From the NCBI GenBank assembly GCA_964016885.1, contig OZ024742.1, forward strand, positions 290,966,001 to 291,030,000: a DNA stretch of 64,000 nucleotides. The letters are read 5' to 3'. The DNA is from Eledone cirrhosa. Taxonomy: Eukaryota. Both the position numbers and the translations under genes were made by a program. Positions within the stretch are counted from its first letter, which is position 1, and each line of letters begins with the position of its first letter. The notes under the pieces were generated by a model. It was not told where the DNA came from and ran no database searches. It saw only the letters and a program-made list of their open reading frames with translations. Shown here in pieces: positions 1 to 12,365 of this stretch.

Positions 1-790
1 CTGTCATACTGTAACCTGGTCACTGATACAGTACCACTGTGAGCTGGTCACTGATACAGTACTACTGACATTCTGTGACCTGGTCAGTGTCACAGTACTA
101 CTGACATACTGTGACCTGGTCACTGACACAGTACCACTGTCACACTGTGATCTGGTCACTGATACAGTACCACAGTGAGCTGGTCACTGACAGCGTACTA
201 CTGACATTGATGTGACCTGGTCACTGACACAATACTACTGACATACTGTGACATGGTCACTGACACAGTACCACTGTCACACTGACCTGGTCACTGATAC
301 AGTACCACTGTGAGCTGGTCACTGACACCGTACTACTGACATTCTGTGACCTGGTCACTGTCACAGTACTACTGACATACTGTGACCTGGTCACTGACAC
401 AGTACCACTGTCACACTGACCTGGTCACTGATACAGTACCACTGTGAGCTGGTCACTGACACCGTACTACTGACATTCTGTGACCTGGTCACTAACACAA
501 TACCACTGTCAAAATTTGACCTGGTCATTAACACAGTACCACTGACATACTGTGACCTGGTCACTGACACAGTACCACTGACATACTGTGACCTGGTCAC
601 TAACACAATACCACTGACATACTGTGACCTGGTCACTGACACAATACTACTGTCACACTGTGACCTGGTCACTAACTCAATAGCACTGACATACTGTGAC
701 CTGATCACTAACACAGTACCACTGTCACACTGTGACCTGATCACTAACACAGTACCACTGACATACTGTGACCTGGTCACTGACACAGTT
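1..790. repeat. Minisatellite, ~33-39 bp unit (CTGTGACCTGGTCACTGACACAGTACCACTGACATA-like)
   Basis: About 20 imperfect tandem copies are visible. It explains the repetitive 391..843 ORF and ends ~30 bp before the PARP splice acceptor. Confidence 0.95.
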
Positions 791-823
791 CTAATGAAAC
801 TCATTTCATATTTTTTTATACAG

Positions 824-1001
824 ATTGAGAGAATACAGAACAAAACATTATACCATTGCTATCAAATGATGAAAAGGAAGTTTCAAGCAGACAACCCTCA
901 CCTAAGAAATGAAGTGCAAGACCTTTGGCATGGCACTTCTGTAGATGCTATTAAAGGAATAAATAAGGGGGGTTTTAACCGGAGCTACTGTGGTAAAAAT
1001 G
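824..1001 (+). CDS. PARP14/15-like mono-ADP-ribosyltransferase, penultimate coding exon (catalytic domain)
   Basis: T-rich tract plus CAG acceptor at 821-823. Translates IERIQNKTLY...LWHGTS...INKGGFNRSYCGKN. GTAAG donor at 1002, phase 1. Confidence 0.9.
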
Positions 1002-1162
1002 GTAAGAAACTGTTTATTTTAACCCTTTCATACCAAATTGCCTCCTCCTCCTGCTGCTGCTTTTTCTTCTTCTTCTCCTTCTTCTATGAAAAGACTAATG
1101 ATATACCTACAACACTTTTAGAAATCAAATTTCAAAAATTAGCTACTGAACTTGCGCCACCC

Positions 1163-1193
<31 letters not shown>

Positions 1194-1239
1194 CACCATA
1201 CTGCCTACAGACACAATTAATTTGCACCTTTAATATATA

Positions 1240-4200
1240 TATATATTAGATGTCTGTGCATAATGCCAGTGAGGGAGTGAGAGGGCAGAGAAAGAAAAGT
1301 GAGGAAGTGGCTCGTTACTTCTCATTCGCCAAGGTTTCTCGATAGAGGCAGAAATGTAAATAGTGTGAATGTGTGAGTGATTTAGAAAGAGAGAGAAAGG
1401 GACATAGACTAAAATAGAGGAATTGTTACAGAGGGTGAGAGGGAATATGTGTGAGCGAGAGAAACACAGAGAGAACAAGTTTCTATAGAAGTTCAAAGAG
1501 AAGGGGAGAGAGAGGCGCTGTATGTTTGATGCAGTATGTATGTTCTATTGAAGAAGTTGAAAGAAATCCGGCTCACTCTCTACAAGAGGAGATAGAGTAG
1601 ATATAGATGATCAGCATTCTACAGTGAAGCAAAGACAAGTGCAGGTAGCCAAAGTCACTAGAGACCCCTGAACAATGTCAGCAAAAACATGAAAATGATT
1701 GGAGGAGAGCTGCTGCACGCATAGCCAATGAGTCACAAGTGGCTAGGGAAAACCGGTTAGAACAATTGTGTCAACAAAATGCAATCCGCAGGAGCCAAGA
1801 GTAAAAAAAGAAAAGAGTAAAATGTTTAAAGGATGCAAGACAAAGACAAGCTGCCCGAGTTGCCAATGAGACAATAGGTCAGCGAGAGATTAGACAAAGA
1901 AAAAACCAGACAAAGAAAAAACAGTTGCTGCAAGTCTTTGCCAATCCTCAGAGGAAAGATGTAAGCGTCTTGATTAAGATAGGCTGAATATGTTTGACAA
2001 AAGAGATGCACCTTTCAAGGGGACTTGGAAAAGATCAGCTTTCAACTATGATCCAAAACATGATAATTCTACAGAGAAATTGATTGATATTGGAACAATA
2101 TCAAAAGAGTGCAGTTTTTATAAAAGAAAGAAATGGGAAAGAGAAACTACCACTATGTGTTGTTTTACCAATGTTTGATACCAATGTTTTACCAATGTTT
2201 GATACCCCCAGATACTTTGAAGGCATTGCTTTTGGAAAACACACCAAGGAGCATGCACTTCATGTAATACATTAGGAATTATAATTCTGGTTTCCAAATG
2301 ACCTCCTTTGGCAGCAATATTACAAGAGAAGGGAACATGAAGCCAACTTTTAAAGTTCAAGGTGAAGTATACTATCATATTGGATTTTTGTTGCCAACTG
2401 AAGGCAAACATCCTCAGTTTTTACAGCTATATTCTGTGGCAAATTACAAGGAGTAAGCTTTGTAATGGTCATTTAACCTTCCAAATTTGAAAGAAGAGTT
2501 AATCTTTGATCTGCAAGATATGTTGCATGCAAATAATAGCTACATCAGAGCTTCAAGCATACATTAGAATCTACACCCCCACCCCCACTGAATACAAAAT
2601 AGTTATTGATGCAGACAAAAAGCCTATTGCTGAACACAGAGGCCGTTACAATGCTCCTGCCACAAATGAAGTAGCAGCAATTATTACAGGCAACAAGTAT
2701 GGGAAGAGAGATATTATTATTCAAGGAAGAGGTAATAAGATGCAGCAGATAAATGCAACCCACCAATAACATGATGCACTCCAGTATCCATTAATCTGTG
2801 TATTTGGCCAAGATAGATATCACTTTAGTATTAAAAATAAAACAGATCTTCAAACAAGAGCTCCTGCACTGACAAAAACAGTAAGCTGCATGGAATTCTA
2901 TACCTAGCTTTTCATTTTAAGAGAGCAAGACTTCAATATTCTTGATCATTCACGTGTGCTCCTCCAGTAATTTGCAGTTGATATGTATGCAAAAATTGAA
3001 GGAGAAAGGCTTCTTTACATTAGAACACATCAGAAAGATCTCTGTGCATCAGATTACATTCACCTGAGAGATGCAATCAGTAATGAAGGAGCATTGGCTG
3101 CTGATAACATTGGACAACTTTGTGCCTTTCTTCCATCAAGCTTTACAGGAAGTCCACGGTATATGCATGAGCGTACCCAAGATACACTTTCATGTGTTAG
3201 ACACTATGGTCGTCCAGACCTCTTCATTACATTCACATGTAATCCAACATGGCATGAAATAAAGAGTGAGCTTTATCATCATCAAGAACCCAAAGATCAC
3301 CATGATATTATAGCTAGGGTGTTCAGACTTAAAGTCATAAAGCTGATGGATCTCCTAAAAAAAGGTGAAGTCATTGGACTAGTCAAATGTGACATGTACA
3401 CAATTGAATGGCAAATACAAGGACATTTTGATTTGGTTACATGCAAACCTTTGGCCAAATGATATTGATTTATTTATCTCAGCTGAACTTCCTGATCTAC
3501 ATGGGCCTTGTGGTTCAATTAATCCATCTTCCACATGTATGAGGGATAATAAGTGTACCAAGAACTACCCACGTCCCTCTGTACAAAAAACCCAAACTGG
3601 AGAAGGTGGCTACCCCCTTTAAAGGAGAAAACCTGGGCATGGTGGATTCACTTAAAAAAAAAACAAGAAAAATGGGCAAGAATTCATCATTGACAATCGG
3701 TGTGTTGTACCTTACTGTCCTCCTCTTACAAAAACTTTCAATGTTGAATTTTGCAACTCTGTTAAGTCTATTAAGTATGTTTGCAAATATATAAACAAAG
3801 GTTTAGATGTTGCAACATACACTCTTATGCAGAATGGCAGTCTGCAGATAAATAAAAATGACGAAGTTGCACAGTGTGAGAGAGAAAGATACATCAGTAG
3901 CAATGAGGCTTTTTGGCGCATCTTCAATTTTCCCATTCTTGAGAGGCACCCAACCATCATTCATCTGAGTGTTCATCTAGAGAATGACCAAAGGGTTATC
4001 TTTACAAAACAAACAGCCCTGCAACAAGCACTTTCTCCAAAAGAAACTGCCTTTTTAAAGTTGTGTCAAGAAGATGAAGATGCAAAAAAACTCCTTTACC
4101 TAGAATTACCCAAGTATTACACCTGGAGAAACAATAAATGGCACAAGAGGACACGTGGGGCTGATGCTCTTACAAGAGCTTACAGTGTCCACCCAAGCCA

Positions 4201-6077
4201 AGCAGAAGGCTACTACTTACCTTTTGCATGAAGTACGTGGTCACAAATCATTCCAAGATTTGAGGAGAGTAAATCGTCATGCATGTGAAACTTATAGAGA
4301 AGCATGCTATCAACAAGGTTCTTTAGAAAATGAGGATCATTGGGACCTTGCGTTGACTGAAGCATCAGTGACAGATTCTCCAAGGAAACTCCGTAACCTT
4401 TTTGCAATTATGCAGAACATGTGTCAACTTGTCAGTCCCCTACATCTTTGGATGAAACATTGTGAGGACATGGCTGAGGACTTAAAGTATGCAGTTCAAC
4501 AGGCAAATCCAGATATCAATATTCAGTTCACTGAAAAATTTTTTAACCAAGCACTAATTGAAATTGAGGATCAAGTTTTGGTCATGGGAGGCAAAAATTT
4601 GCAAGAGTCAGGTTCTGGACTACCAAAAAGAAACCGTCAAGTTAGTGCATTAACTTCAAGAGAGATAACAAGCGAGATAAATTATGGCATCACAGAGTTG
4701 GCTGCATTTGTGAATGAACATGAACCTAAACTTCTTCCAGAACAACGCTGTGCATATGATAAAATTATTTCATCAGTCAGAGAAAAAAAGTGGAGGAATT
4801 TTCTTTCGTGATGCTCCTGGTGGCACAGGTAAAACATTTGTAACAACATTGCTTCTCTCCAAGGTAAGGCAACAAAAAAGAATTGCAGTTGCTATAGCAT
4901 CATCTGGCATTGCTGCCACCTTCTCCCAGGAGGACAAACAGCTCATTCTGCTTTTAAATTACTGCTAAACCTGGACACAAATGACAGTCCAATTTGTAAC
5001 ATAAGCAAAGGTTTGGCAGAAGTATGGCGCCAATGCCACCTGATCGTTTGGGAAGAATGCACCATGTCACATAGAGGTGTAATTGAAGGTCTTGATAAGA
5101 CCTTACAGGACATAAGAGGCAACAATAAATCTATGGGAGGAGTTACATGAGTTTTATTAGACATTACCAGTCATTCCGAGAGGAATGAGAGCTGATGAAA
5201 TAAAAAGCATGCATTAAGTCTTCGCACCTATGGAATAAAGTACAGAAATTCTCCTTCAATACTAATATGCGAGCTTTATTACACAGGGACCAATGTACAC
5301 AACAGTTTTCAACCCAGCTCCTCCAATTAGGAAATGGAAAAGTACCACTTGATGGGAATGGTGATGTTGATTTGGCTCATATTGCTATCATGGTGAATTA
5401 CCCAGCTGAATTGAAGAGTAGGGTATTTCCAGACTTAAGTAAAAATTATAATTCACATAAATGCTTGTGTGAAAAGGGCAATTCTTGTTCCAAAAAATGA
5501 GACAGTAGCAAGGATTAACCATGAATTAATGAATAAAATTCCAACAGTCATTAAGGAGTACAAATCAGTTGATTCATTCCTTGATGAAAACCAAACTGTC
5601 CACTACCCAACAGAGTTCCTCAATTCTCTTAAGCCACCTGGAACTCCTCCACATAAACCTTTTCTGAAGGTAGGAGTCCCATTAATGCTTCTAAGAAATT
5701 TAGTTCCTCCTAAATTATGCAATGGGACAAGGTTGATTGTGAAGACATTATCACCTCATGTGATAGAAGCTACCATCATCACTGGATATGCCTCTGGGGA
5801 AGATGTATTCATTGTTTACCCAGTTCTTACGTAATTTCCTTCAATATATGTGATAGAATTTATCTCCCTTCATAAAAGTGGTAAATTTTGTATTTTCGTT
5901 TATTATCATTATTATTATTATTTTATATTATGAATTCAGAATTGATTTCATCATGTATCCCAATTGAAGAATAAATTGAATTTAGAATAACAAGTTTCTT
6001 TTCTACATATTTTGCTTTTTTCTTCTAATATATAAGGAACAATTTCATTCCCAGGCAATGCCAGGTGCCTCTGCTAG
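1240..6077 (+). mobile_element. Degenerate autonomous-type Helitron (Rep + Pif1 helicase) in the PARP intron
   Basis: Frameshifted ORFs with Rep motifs (GRPDLFITFTCNPTW, YTIEWQ, RYISSNEAFWRIF) and Pif1 motifs (DAPGGTGKTF, ASSGIAAT, MLLRNL..PKLCNGTRL). The 3' end has a GC hairpin (CCCAGGCAATGCCAGG) and CTAG at 6074-6077. The 5' end is approximate. Confidence 0.92.
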
Positions 6078-6081
6078 TACC

Positions 6082-6112
<31 letters not shown>

Positions 6113-6559
6113 GTGTGTGTCCATCTAAACCCATGCTAGCGTGGAAGATAGACGTTAAACGATGATGATGATGATGATGATATATAACCCATATATACAT
6201 AACCCATGCGATGATGATGATGATGATATATATATTAGGAAAATAAGAAAAAAAGTAGAAAATGGTAATAGGATTTTCTCATAGAATAATAGCAAAACAT
6301 TTGTTTAAAGTAATTTATTGTACCAGTTTCAACTGATAATTATTTTGGCTTCTTCATGCTACAGGAAATATGATAAAATGTATATAATAAAATTAAGGTG
6401 TATATTAATTAGAAAAGGGTATTAGAGAACATAGTTTACATATATATAAAAGTTCACATTCTGTTTATCTCTTTTTCTCTCTCTCTCCTCCTTGGTGGTT
6501 TGGTGGTAGTAGCAACTAAGATAGAGGTTGGTTTGTTCTCTGTGTGTGTATATATAAGA

Positions 6560-6850
6560 GTGTCGGGTTTACAATCGTGAGGTTGTGATTCTCAGACCGA
6601 GCTTTGCGTTGTGTTCTTGAGCAAGGCACTTTATTTTATGTTGCTCCAGTTCACTCAGCAGTAGAAATGAGTTGCAACATCACTGGTGCCAAGCTGTATC
6701 GGCTATTACCTTTCACTTGGACAACATCGGTGATGTGGAGAGAGGAGACTGGTATGCATGGGCAACTGGTGGTCTTCCACCTTGCCTGGGCTTGTGCCTC
6801 GGAGGGGAACTTTCTAGGTGCAAATCCCATGGTCATTCATGACGGAAGGG
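6560..6850 (+). mobile_element. tRNA-derived SINE (family with TGTGTTCTTGAGCAAGGCACTT core)
   Basis: Similar to copies at ~19080-19320 and 39244-39500. The last of these has clear A/B boxes. Confidence 0.65.
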
Positions 6851-6905
6851 GGTCTTTTTTTTTTATATATTTATATTTATATATATATATATTTTTTCAT
6901 TTTAG

Positions 6906-7168
6906 CGACTGCATATGGTAAAGGTGTATACTTTGCCAGAGATATAACATATTCTGCAAGCAACACCTATTCCACTCCTGACTTAAACCAAAAAAAAAGA
7001 ATATACAAATGTGATGTTCTTGTCGGCAAATGTATGCAAGGAAATAGTCAATTAACTGTGTTAGAGGTCTCCACTAATAGTGCTGTGGATAATTTACATT
7101 CTCCGACAATATATGTTATATTCCATGACTGCCAAGCTTATCCTCGTTACTTAATAACATACACTTGA
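6906..7168 (+). CDS. PARP14/15-like mono-ADP-ribosyltransferase, last coding exon
   Basis: TTTAG acceptor at 6901-6905. The phase-1 join gives CGKN-A-TAYGKGVYFARD...VDNLHSPTIYVIFHDCQAYPRYLITYT*, the typical macro-PARP catalytic C-terminus. Confidence 0.9.
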
Positions 7169-7196
7169 AGAAATCATCACATTTTGCTCTTGTAAT

Positions 7197-7215
7197 AATA
7201 AAACTATTCAATAAA
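7197..7215 (+). promoter_or_regulatory. Candidate polyadenylation signals (two AATAAA) of the PARP gene
   Basis: AATAAA at 7197 and 7210, 30-45 nt after the stop codon. Confidence 0.55.
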
Positions 7216-7289
7216 ATATTATGTTTGTATCAATCACATCGAATTTCTTCTCTTTTCTATTGTTTAACCCCTTTACTGCTACAAAGCTG

Positions 7290-7620
7290 AACAGACAAAA
7301 ACACTACATGGTTGATAAAGACTTGATAACATGGCCAAGAACACTACATGGTTGATATATCAGCCTTGATAACATGGTCAAAAACACTACATGGTTGATA
7401 TATCAGCCTTGATAACATGGTCAAAAACACTACATGGTTCATATAATATAACCAAAAACACTACATGGTTGATATATAAGACTTGATAAAACAGCCCAAA
7501 ACACTTCATGGTTGATATAATATAGACAACAATACTACATGTTTGATATATGAGCCATGATAATCTAGCCAAAAATACTACATGTTTCATGTATCAGCCA
7601 TGATGACCTAGCCAACAACT
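7290..7620. repeat. Minisatellite, ~40-45 bp unit (AAAACACTACATGGTTGATATATCAGCCTTGATAACATGG)
   Basis: About 7 imperfect tandem copies. Confidence 0.85.
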
Positions 7621-8919
7621 CTACACTTTCTATATGAACCTAAAATTGTAAAACTCTTCTTGATAATCTAGCAAACTGCAAACAAACAAATAATGTAAAC
7701 CACATCTCTCAGTTACCAAACATTGTTCTTTAATATCTTCCTGTTGTGTTTTTAGTTTATTTCACATTTTTTTAGTGATATTTCCAAGAAGTATGAAAGG
7801 ATGAGTGACACAGATGATAACAGTAGTAGTGATCATAATATTGATGATCCTGGTTAATTAATTTTGGTATAATTATCTGCAAGAATTAGGGCAGTTTTGA
7901 TAGTCTGGGTTGAGAGGACCCTTCAGTCATGTCAAGGACACGACAGCCTCCCTAGTGTTGGTGATCTACATGATAAACACATCCAGTACAACCCTTGCTA
8001 GAAGGGAAAGTGGACATTAAACAATGATGATGATGATGGTGGTGATTCTGGTGGATGATAACATCTGCAAGAAATTATAACTCTAATGCTCATTAGGATG
8101 CAAATGAGTTAATTAACACATCCTTATGATTTTTGCATCCTCTTTTCCATCCTTTTATGTATCTAATTCTTCTTGTACTCAGTTTTTCCCTCAGTTCATC
8201 TGTGCTTCATCAATCATGTTACATTAACATTAAACATCCTGTGGAATAGGCTTGTTTCATTTTTTTTTTTTTACAATCTTTGCATATCTTCTAGATTCAA
8301 TGCCCATGTCTCATTACTATGCAACATTGTGATACATACACAGTTTGCTCAGAGAGAGAGACAGAGTCGGGGAGGGGAGAGAAAGAATCCTTTGTTGCCA
8401 GCAGAGGTTACATCACCCAGAACTTTTTCTATTTAATTGTTATACTAGCTGCTATGCTTTCAGAACATTATCTCACTGCTGATCAGATCTAATTAACAAA
8501 AGCTAACAGCTACTTTTTTTTCCAAGATTGGAAAAATTTTATTTGAAAATTATTGGCAGTGTCCTTCATTGGAAATATGGTAACCAGGATGGTTAGGTAA
8601 ACTGGATAGACTCTGTGTTGAAATTTCATCAACAACTGAGTACAAGATTAAAACTAAGCCACCTGATCCTACTTTTTCTGTCTATGAAGATATTGACAAG
8701 GTTACATCTGTCTTTACATACAATGTTAGCTATAATCTATAGATATATTTTGCAGTACAGTGTAGTATTAAAATAATGTAAATAAAAACAAAGTGCTTAT
8801 ATCTTTCTATTCATACAGTATTAGCTATAATCTACAGATATATTTTGTAGTACAGTATAGTGTTAAAAAACAATGTATATACAGATAAGGTGTTTACATC
8901 TGGTTGTACATACAAGCAT

Positions 8920-10220
8920 TTTAAGGCCATCTTGATAAGCTTTTACACTTTTCCCTATCATCTGCATCCCCCTTCATCAATCCCTTGGCTTTCATTTCCT
9001 CTTTCATCATTTTTCCCCATGTCTTTCTTGTTCTTCCCATTCCTCTATTTCTTTCCACATTCATTTCACCCGTCCTTAACAGATAACCAAACCATCTTGT
9101 TCCATTCCTTTTCTCAACGTTCATTATTACTCTATTCCTATCATCCTCTGCAATTCATTGTTTGTCTTCCTATCTCTCAACAACAGTCCACTCATCCACT
9201 GAACCATTTTCATTCCATTGTTCCCAGTCTTCTTTGTTGCTCCATATTTATCCCCCCCGTGCTTACTCCCATAAATCATGGCATTTCTCACACATGCAGC
9301 TTACACCTTTCAACAACACCCTGCTCTTCATTAGCACACCACTAAGTTACTGGACCCTCTTACATGCACATCTTACTCAAGATACTGTCAGTGTGTCTGA
9401 TTCACCTTCTCCATTCAACACATCTCTAAGGTAACAACACACTTTCACACCTTCCATCTTCATACCATTCCCAAGATCCAGCTTAACATCCTCTACAGGT
9501 ATAGCTCCCTCCATAATCTCTTAGCACTTAAATTTAGTTGTCACATTATTTAAATAATCCCTCCACACCACTACATTTTCAATATACACACCCAGTGCAG
9601 ATCATACATTTAATGGAGTTCATTTAAACACCCTTCCTGCTCTTTCCATCTTACCACATGCTTTACCACTTGACTTTACCTTCATCTTTCCAATATCCAC
9701 CTTCATAATTTTTACCTCCAGATATTCCTTCAGCCTATTCATCTTCTGTCAATTCATTTATACTTCCTGCTATTAAGACTAGGTCATCTGTTTACAACAA
9801 TTTCCATGGTCTACTCTCTTTTACACTTCAGCTCAGTACCTCAATCACAACTACAAATAGTAGTGAGCTTAATACATCCCTGATGCACACCAAACTTCAC
9901 TTCAAACTGTCAGTTTTTGTCCTTTGTCCTTTCTCATATGTTCTTATCACTACTCCAACGAACTATTCCTTCACTCCCAACTCTTTCACAGCCCATGACA
10001 CTCCTTCATGTGGAACACCATCACAAGCTTTCTCCAGATCAACAAAACCAAAACACAAATTCTTGTTCCTCTACTTCTTCAACAGCTTCACAATAAAAAT
10101 TGCAACAGTTGTTCCTTTTCCAAGTATAAATTCAAACTACATTTCATTAATCTTCACTTTTTCCTTATCCTCTTCTTTAACACTCCTTCAAGTATCTTCA
10201 TTTCAAGTTCCAATAGCTTA
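8920..10220 (-). mobile_element. Degenerate RTE-clade LINE fragment
   Basis: The minus strand gives PWKLL*TDDL (YADD region), RWFGY and RGMGRTRKTW motifs of the RTE ORF C-terminal half. Confidence 0.75.
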
Positions 10221-10460
10221 GTTGCTCCATATACACAGAGATAGTGAGGCACTGGTATAGACCATAACAACCTGTCCAGCAGGCGTTTCCAAACTGCATT
10301 AGTGGGTAGTAAAATAAATATGCTGCGACATTAAGAAAAAATCTACAAAAATAAGGAAGTGATTTATTACACACATGCATAACGGGTCACTATACTAAAT
10401 GCAGTTCCTGTTGTGAGTTATACACAAACAAAAAAAGTTTGAAAGACGCTGCAAGTATAA

Positions 10461-10650
10461 TAATTGTTTCTACATTAGGCACAAGGCCAGCAATTACCCA
10501 GTGCATTACTGGTACTTTATTTTATCGACCCCGTACGGTTGAAAAGCAAAGTCAACCTCGGCGGGATTTGAACTCAGATCGTAAAGGGACGTAACTATGC
10601 TGGAAAGCATGGTGTCCGACCCTCTACCGATACTGCCAATCCACCACCGC
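10461..10650 (-). mobile_element. tRNA-derived SINE (Meta-like core), abundant family
   Basis: The minus strand has an A box (TGGCAGTATCGG), a B box (GAGTTCAAATCCC), a core like GAGGTTGACTTTGC-TTTTCA..CGGGGTCGATAAA and an AAT/ATT tail. More than 15 copies occur in the window. Confidence 0.88.
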
Positions 10651-10659
10651 TGCAAGTAT

Positions 10660-11662
10660 AATAATGATAATGAAATTATTGTGTAAAATGCTCAGGTGCA
10701 CTACAACTCGTCAAAGGTGCATGTATAGTACATAGAATAATACACAAATGTCAGGGAAGTGAATAGTGTATGAGTCATGATATACATGTGTGTATGTGTA
10801 TGGAGGGGGAACATTAGGTGTAGTGTTGGCGAATCTCGGGAAGCATGGAGGCCTTAAAGGATGCAGTGTCTCGACAGCTAACAACCGATGCAGGTAGTTT
10901 GTTCCATGCTTCAGCAACACTGAGCGTGAAAAAATGTTTCCGAAAGTCATGGGAACTGTACTGTTTTCTGACTTTGTGGGCATGCCCATGTGTTTTAGAC
11001 ACATGGAAATCAAAAAGGTATTCAGGGTTGTTGTTGGCAAGATGGTTAACAATTTTGTGGGTGTTTACTAAGTCAGTTGCCAGGCATCGAAGCTTCAATG
11101 TATCCATGCCCAGAGAAGCAAGGCGCTCAGAGTATGGTAGATGCCTGATGAAGGGTATTCGTTTGGTTGCACGTCTCTGAACAGTTTCCAAGCGGTCAAT
11201 GTTCTGAGCAAGATAGGGGTTCCAGACTGGTGATGCAAATTCTAAGTGTGGCCACACTATAGCCATGTACAGCCTTAAATAGATAGCTGGAGAGCGGCTG
11301 ACAAAGGTCTTGCTGAGTGATGCTAAGACACCCTCGGCCCTCTTGACAATTTTAGAGACGTGCTTCGTCCAACGCAAATCGCTGCTGACCGTAATGCCCA
11401 GGTCACGTTCACTAGAAGACTTCTTGATATTAGTGCTGTGGAGGAAGTATGTGGACGCTGGGTTTTTACTCCCAAAATGCATGGTGGTGCACTTGTCCAC
11501 AGCTAGCTTGAGTTGCCAGTCTGAGATCCATTGTTGCATTGTGTCCAGGTCAGACTGCAAGCAAGATCTATAGTGTTCAGGATCTGTCCTTTTTATCTCA
11601 AGGTACAGCTTGATGTCATCTGCGTACTTTAGTACTGTGGAATTCTTTAAGTTGGCATCTGT
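10660..11662 (-). mobile_element. 5'-truncated CR1/L2-group LINE (RT C-terminus + 3' UTR)
   Basis: ORF 10814..11677 has LKYADDIKL, ERDLGI, PHLEFASPVWNP and LETVQRRATK. Nearly identical to 33500-34440. Ends in an (ATT)n tail. Confidence 0.93.
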
Positions 11663-11762
11663 GTAGTGAGTAAACACTGATAAATTTTTTTATGTTCTAT
11701 ATTTGTGTGGAAAGAGAAAACTGTATGCATGGATTAGTCACTGCTTCTTATTTTTATGGTCA

Positions 11763-11957
11763 GTAATGGTAGAGTGTCGGACACAATGCTTTGCAGCATA
11801 GACTTATGGCCCTTTACGTTCCAGGTTCAAATCCCACCGAGGTTAACTTTGCCTTTCATCCTTATGGGGTAGATAAAATAAAGCACCAGCAATGATGATG
11901 ATGATGAATGCACTGGGATAACTGCTGGCCTTGTGCTAAAAGTAGAAACAATTATTA
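11763..11957 (+). mobile_element. tRNA-derived SINE (same Meta-like family)
   Basis: GGTTCAAATCCC B box and conserved core and tail. Confidence 0.82.
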
Positions 11958-11995
11958 TGGTGACTAGCAGAAAAACCACCCTTCGGGTGGTTCTC

Positions 11996-12365
11996 TGCTA
12001 GCATGTGTAGTGTGTATATTGATATTATACGCAAGTATATATGCATGTATGATAGATATGATACATCAAATAAAATCGTAATTGACAATATACACAGAAA
12101 TTGAACGAAAACTGTGTTACACCACTCTCTTATGTAATCAGTAACATAATTCATGACGCATTAAAAAAAGACGATATTATATATATGCTAGCATGTGTAG
12201 TGTGTATATTGATATTATACGCAGGTATATATGCATCCAGATATGATCAAATAAAATCGTAATTGACAATATAAACAGAAATTGAACGAAGACTGCGTTA
12301 CACTGTCTTATGTAATCAGTAACGTAATCCGTGATACATTAAAAAAAAAACGATATCTAATATAT
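11996..12365. repeat. Tandem duplication of ~185 bp, preceded by a CTAG-ended palindrome (11963-12002)
   Basis: TGCTAGCATGTGTAGTGTGTATATTGATATTATACGC... occurs at 11996 and 12186. Confidence 0.85.

Noticed and set aside
1-790. CRISPR-like regular repeats (also 7290-7620, 45730-46032, 62400-62760)
   Set aside because: No unique spacers and no cas genes, in a eukaryotic context. These are plain tandem minisatellites.
391-843. 150-aa repetitive ORF on the minus strand
   Set aside because: Translation of the minisatellite, antisense within a PARP intron. No evidence of a real protein.
2983-5834. Host PIF1 helicase gene
   Set aside because: Linked to Helitron Rep motifs, frameshifted, intronless and bounded by a Helitron 3' terminus.
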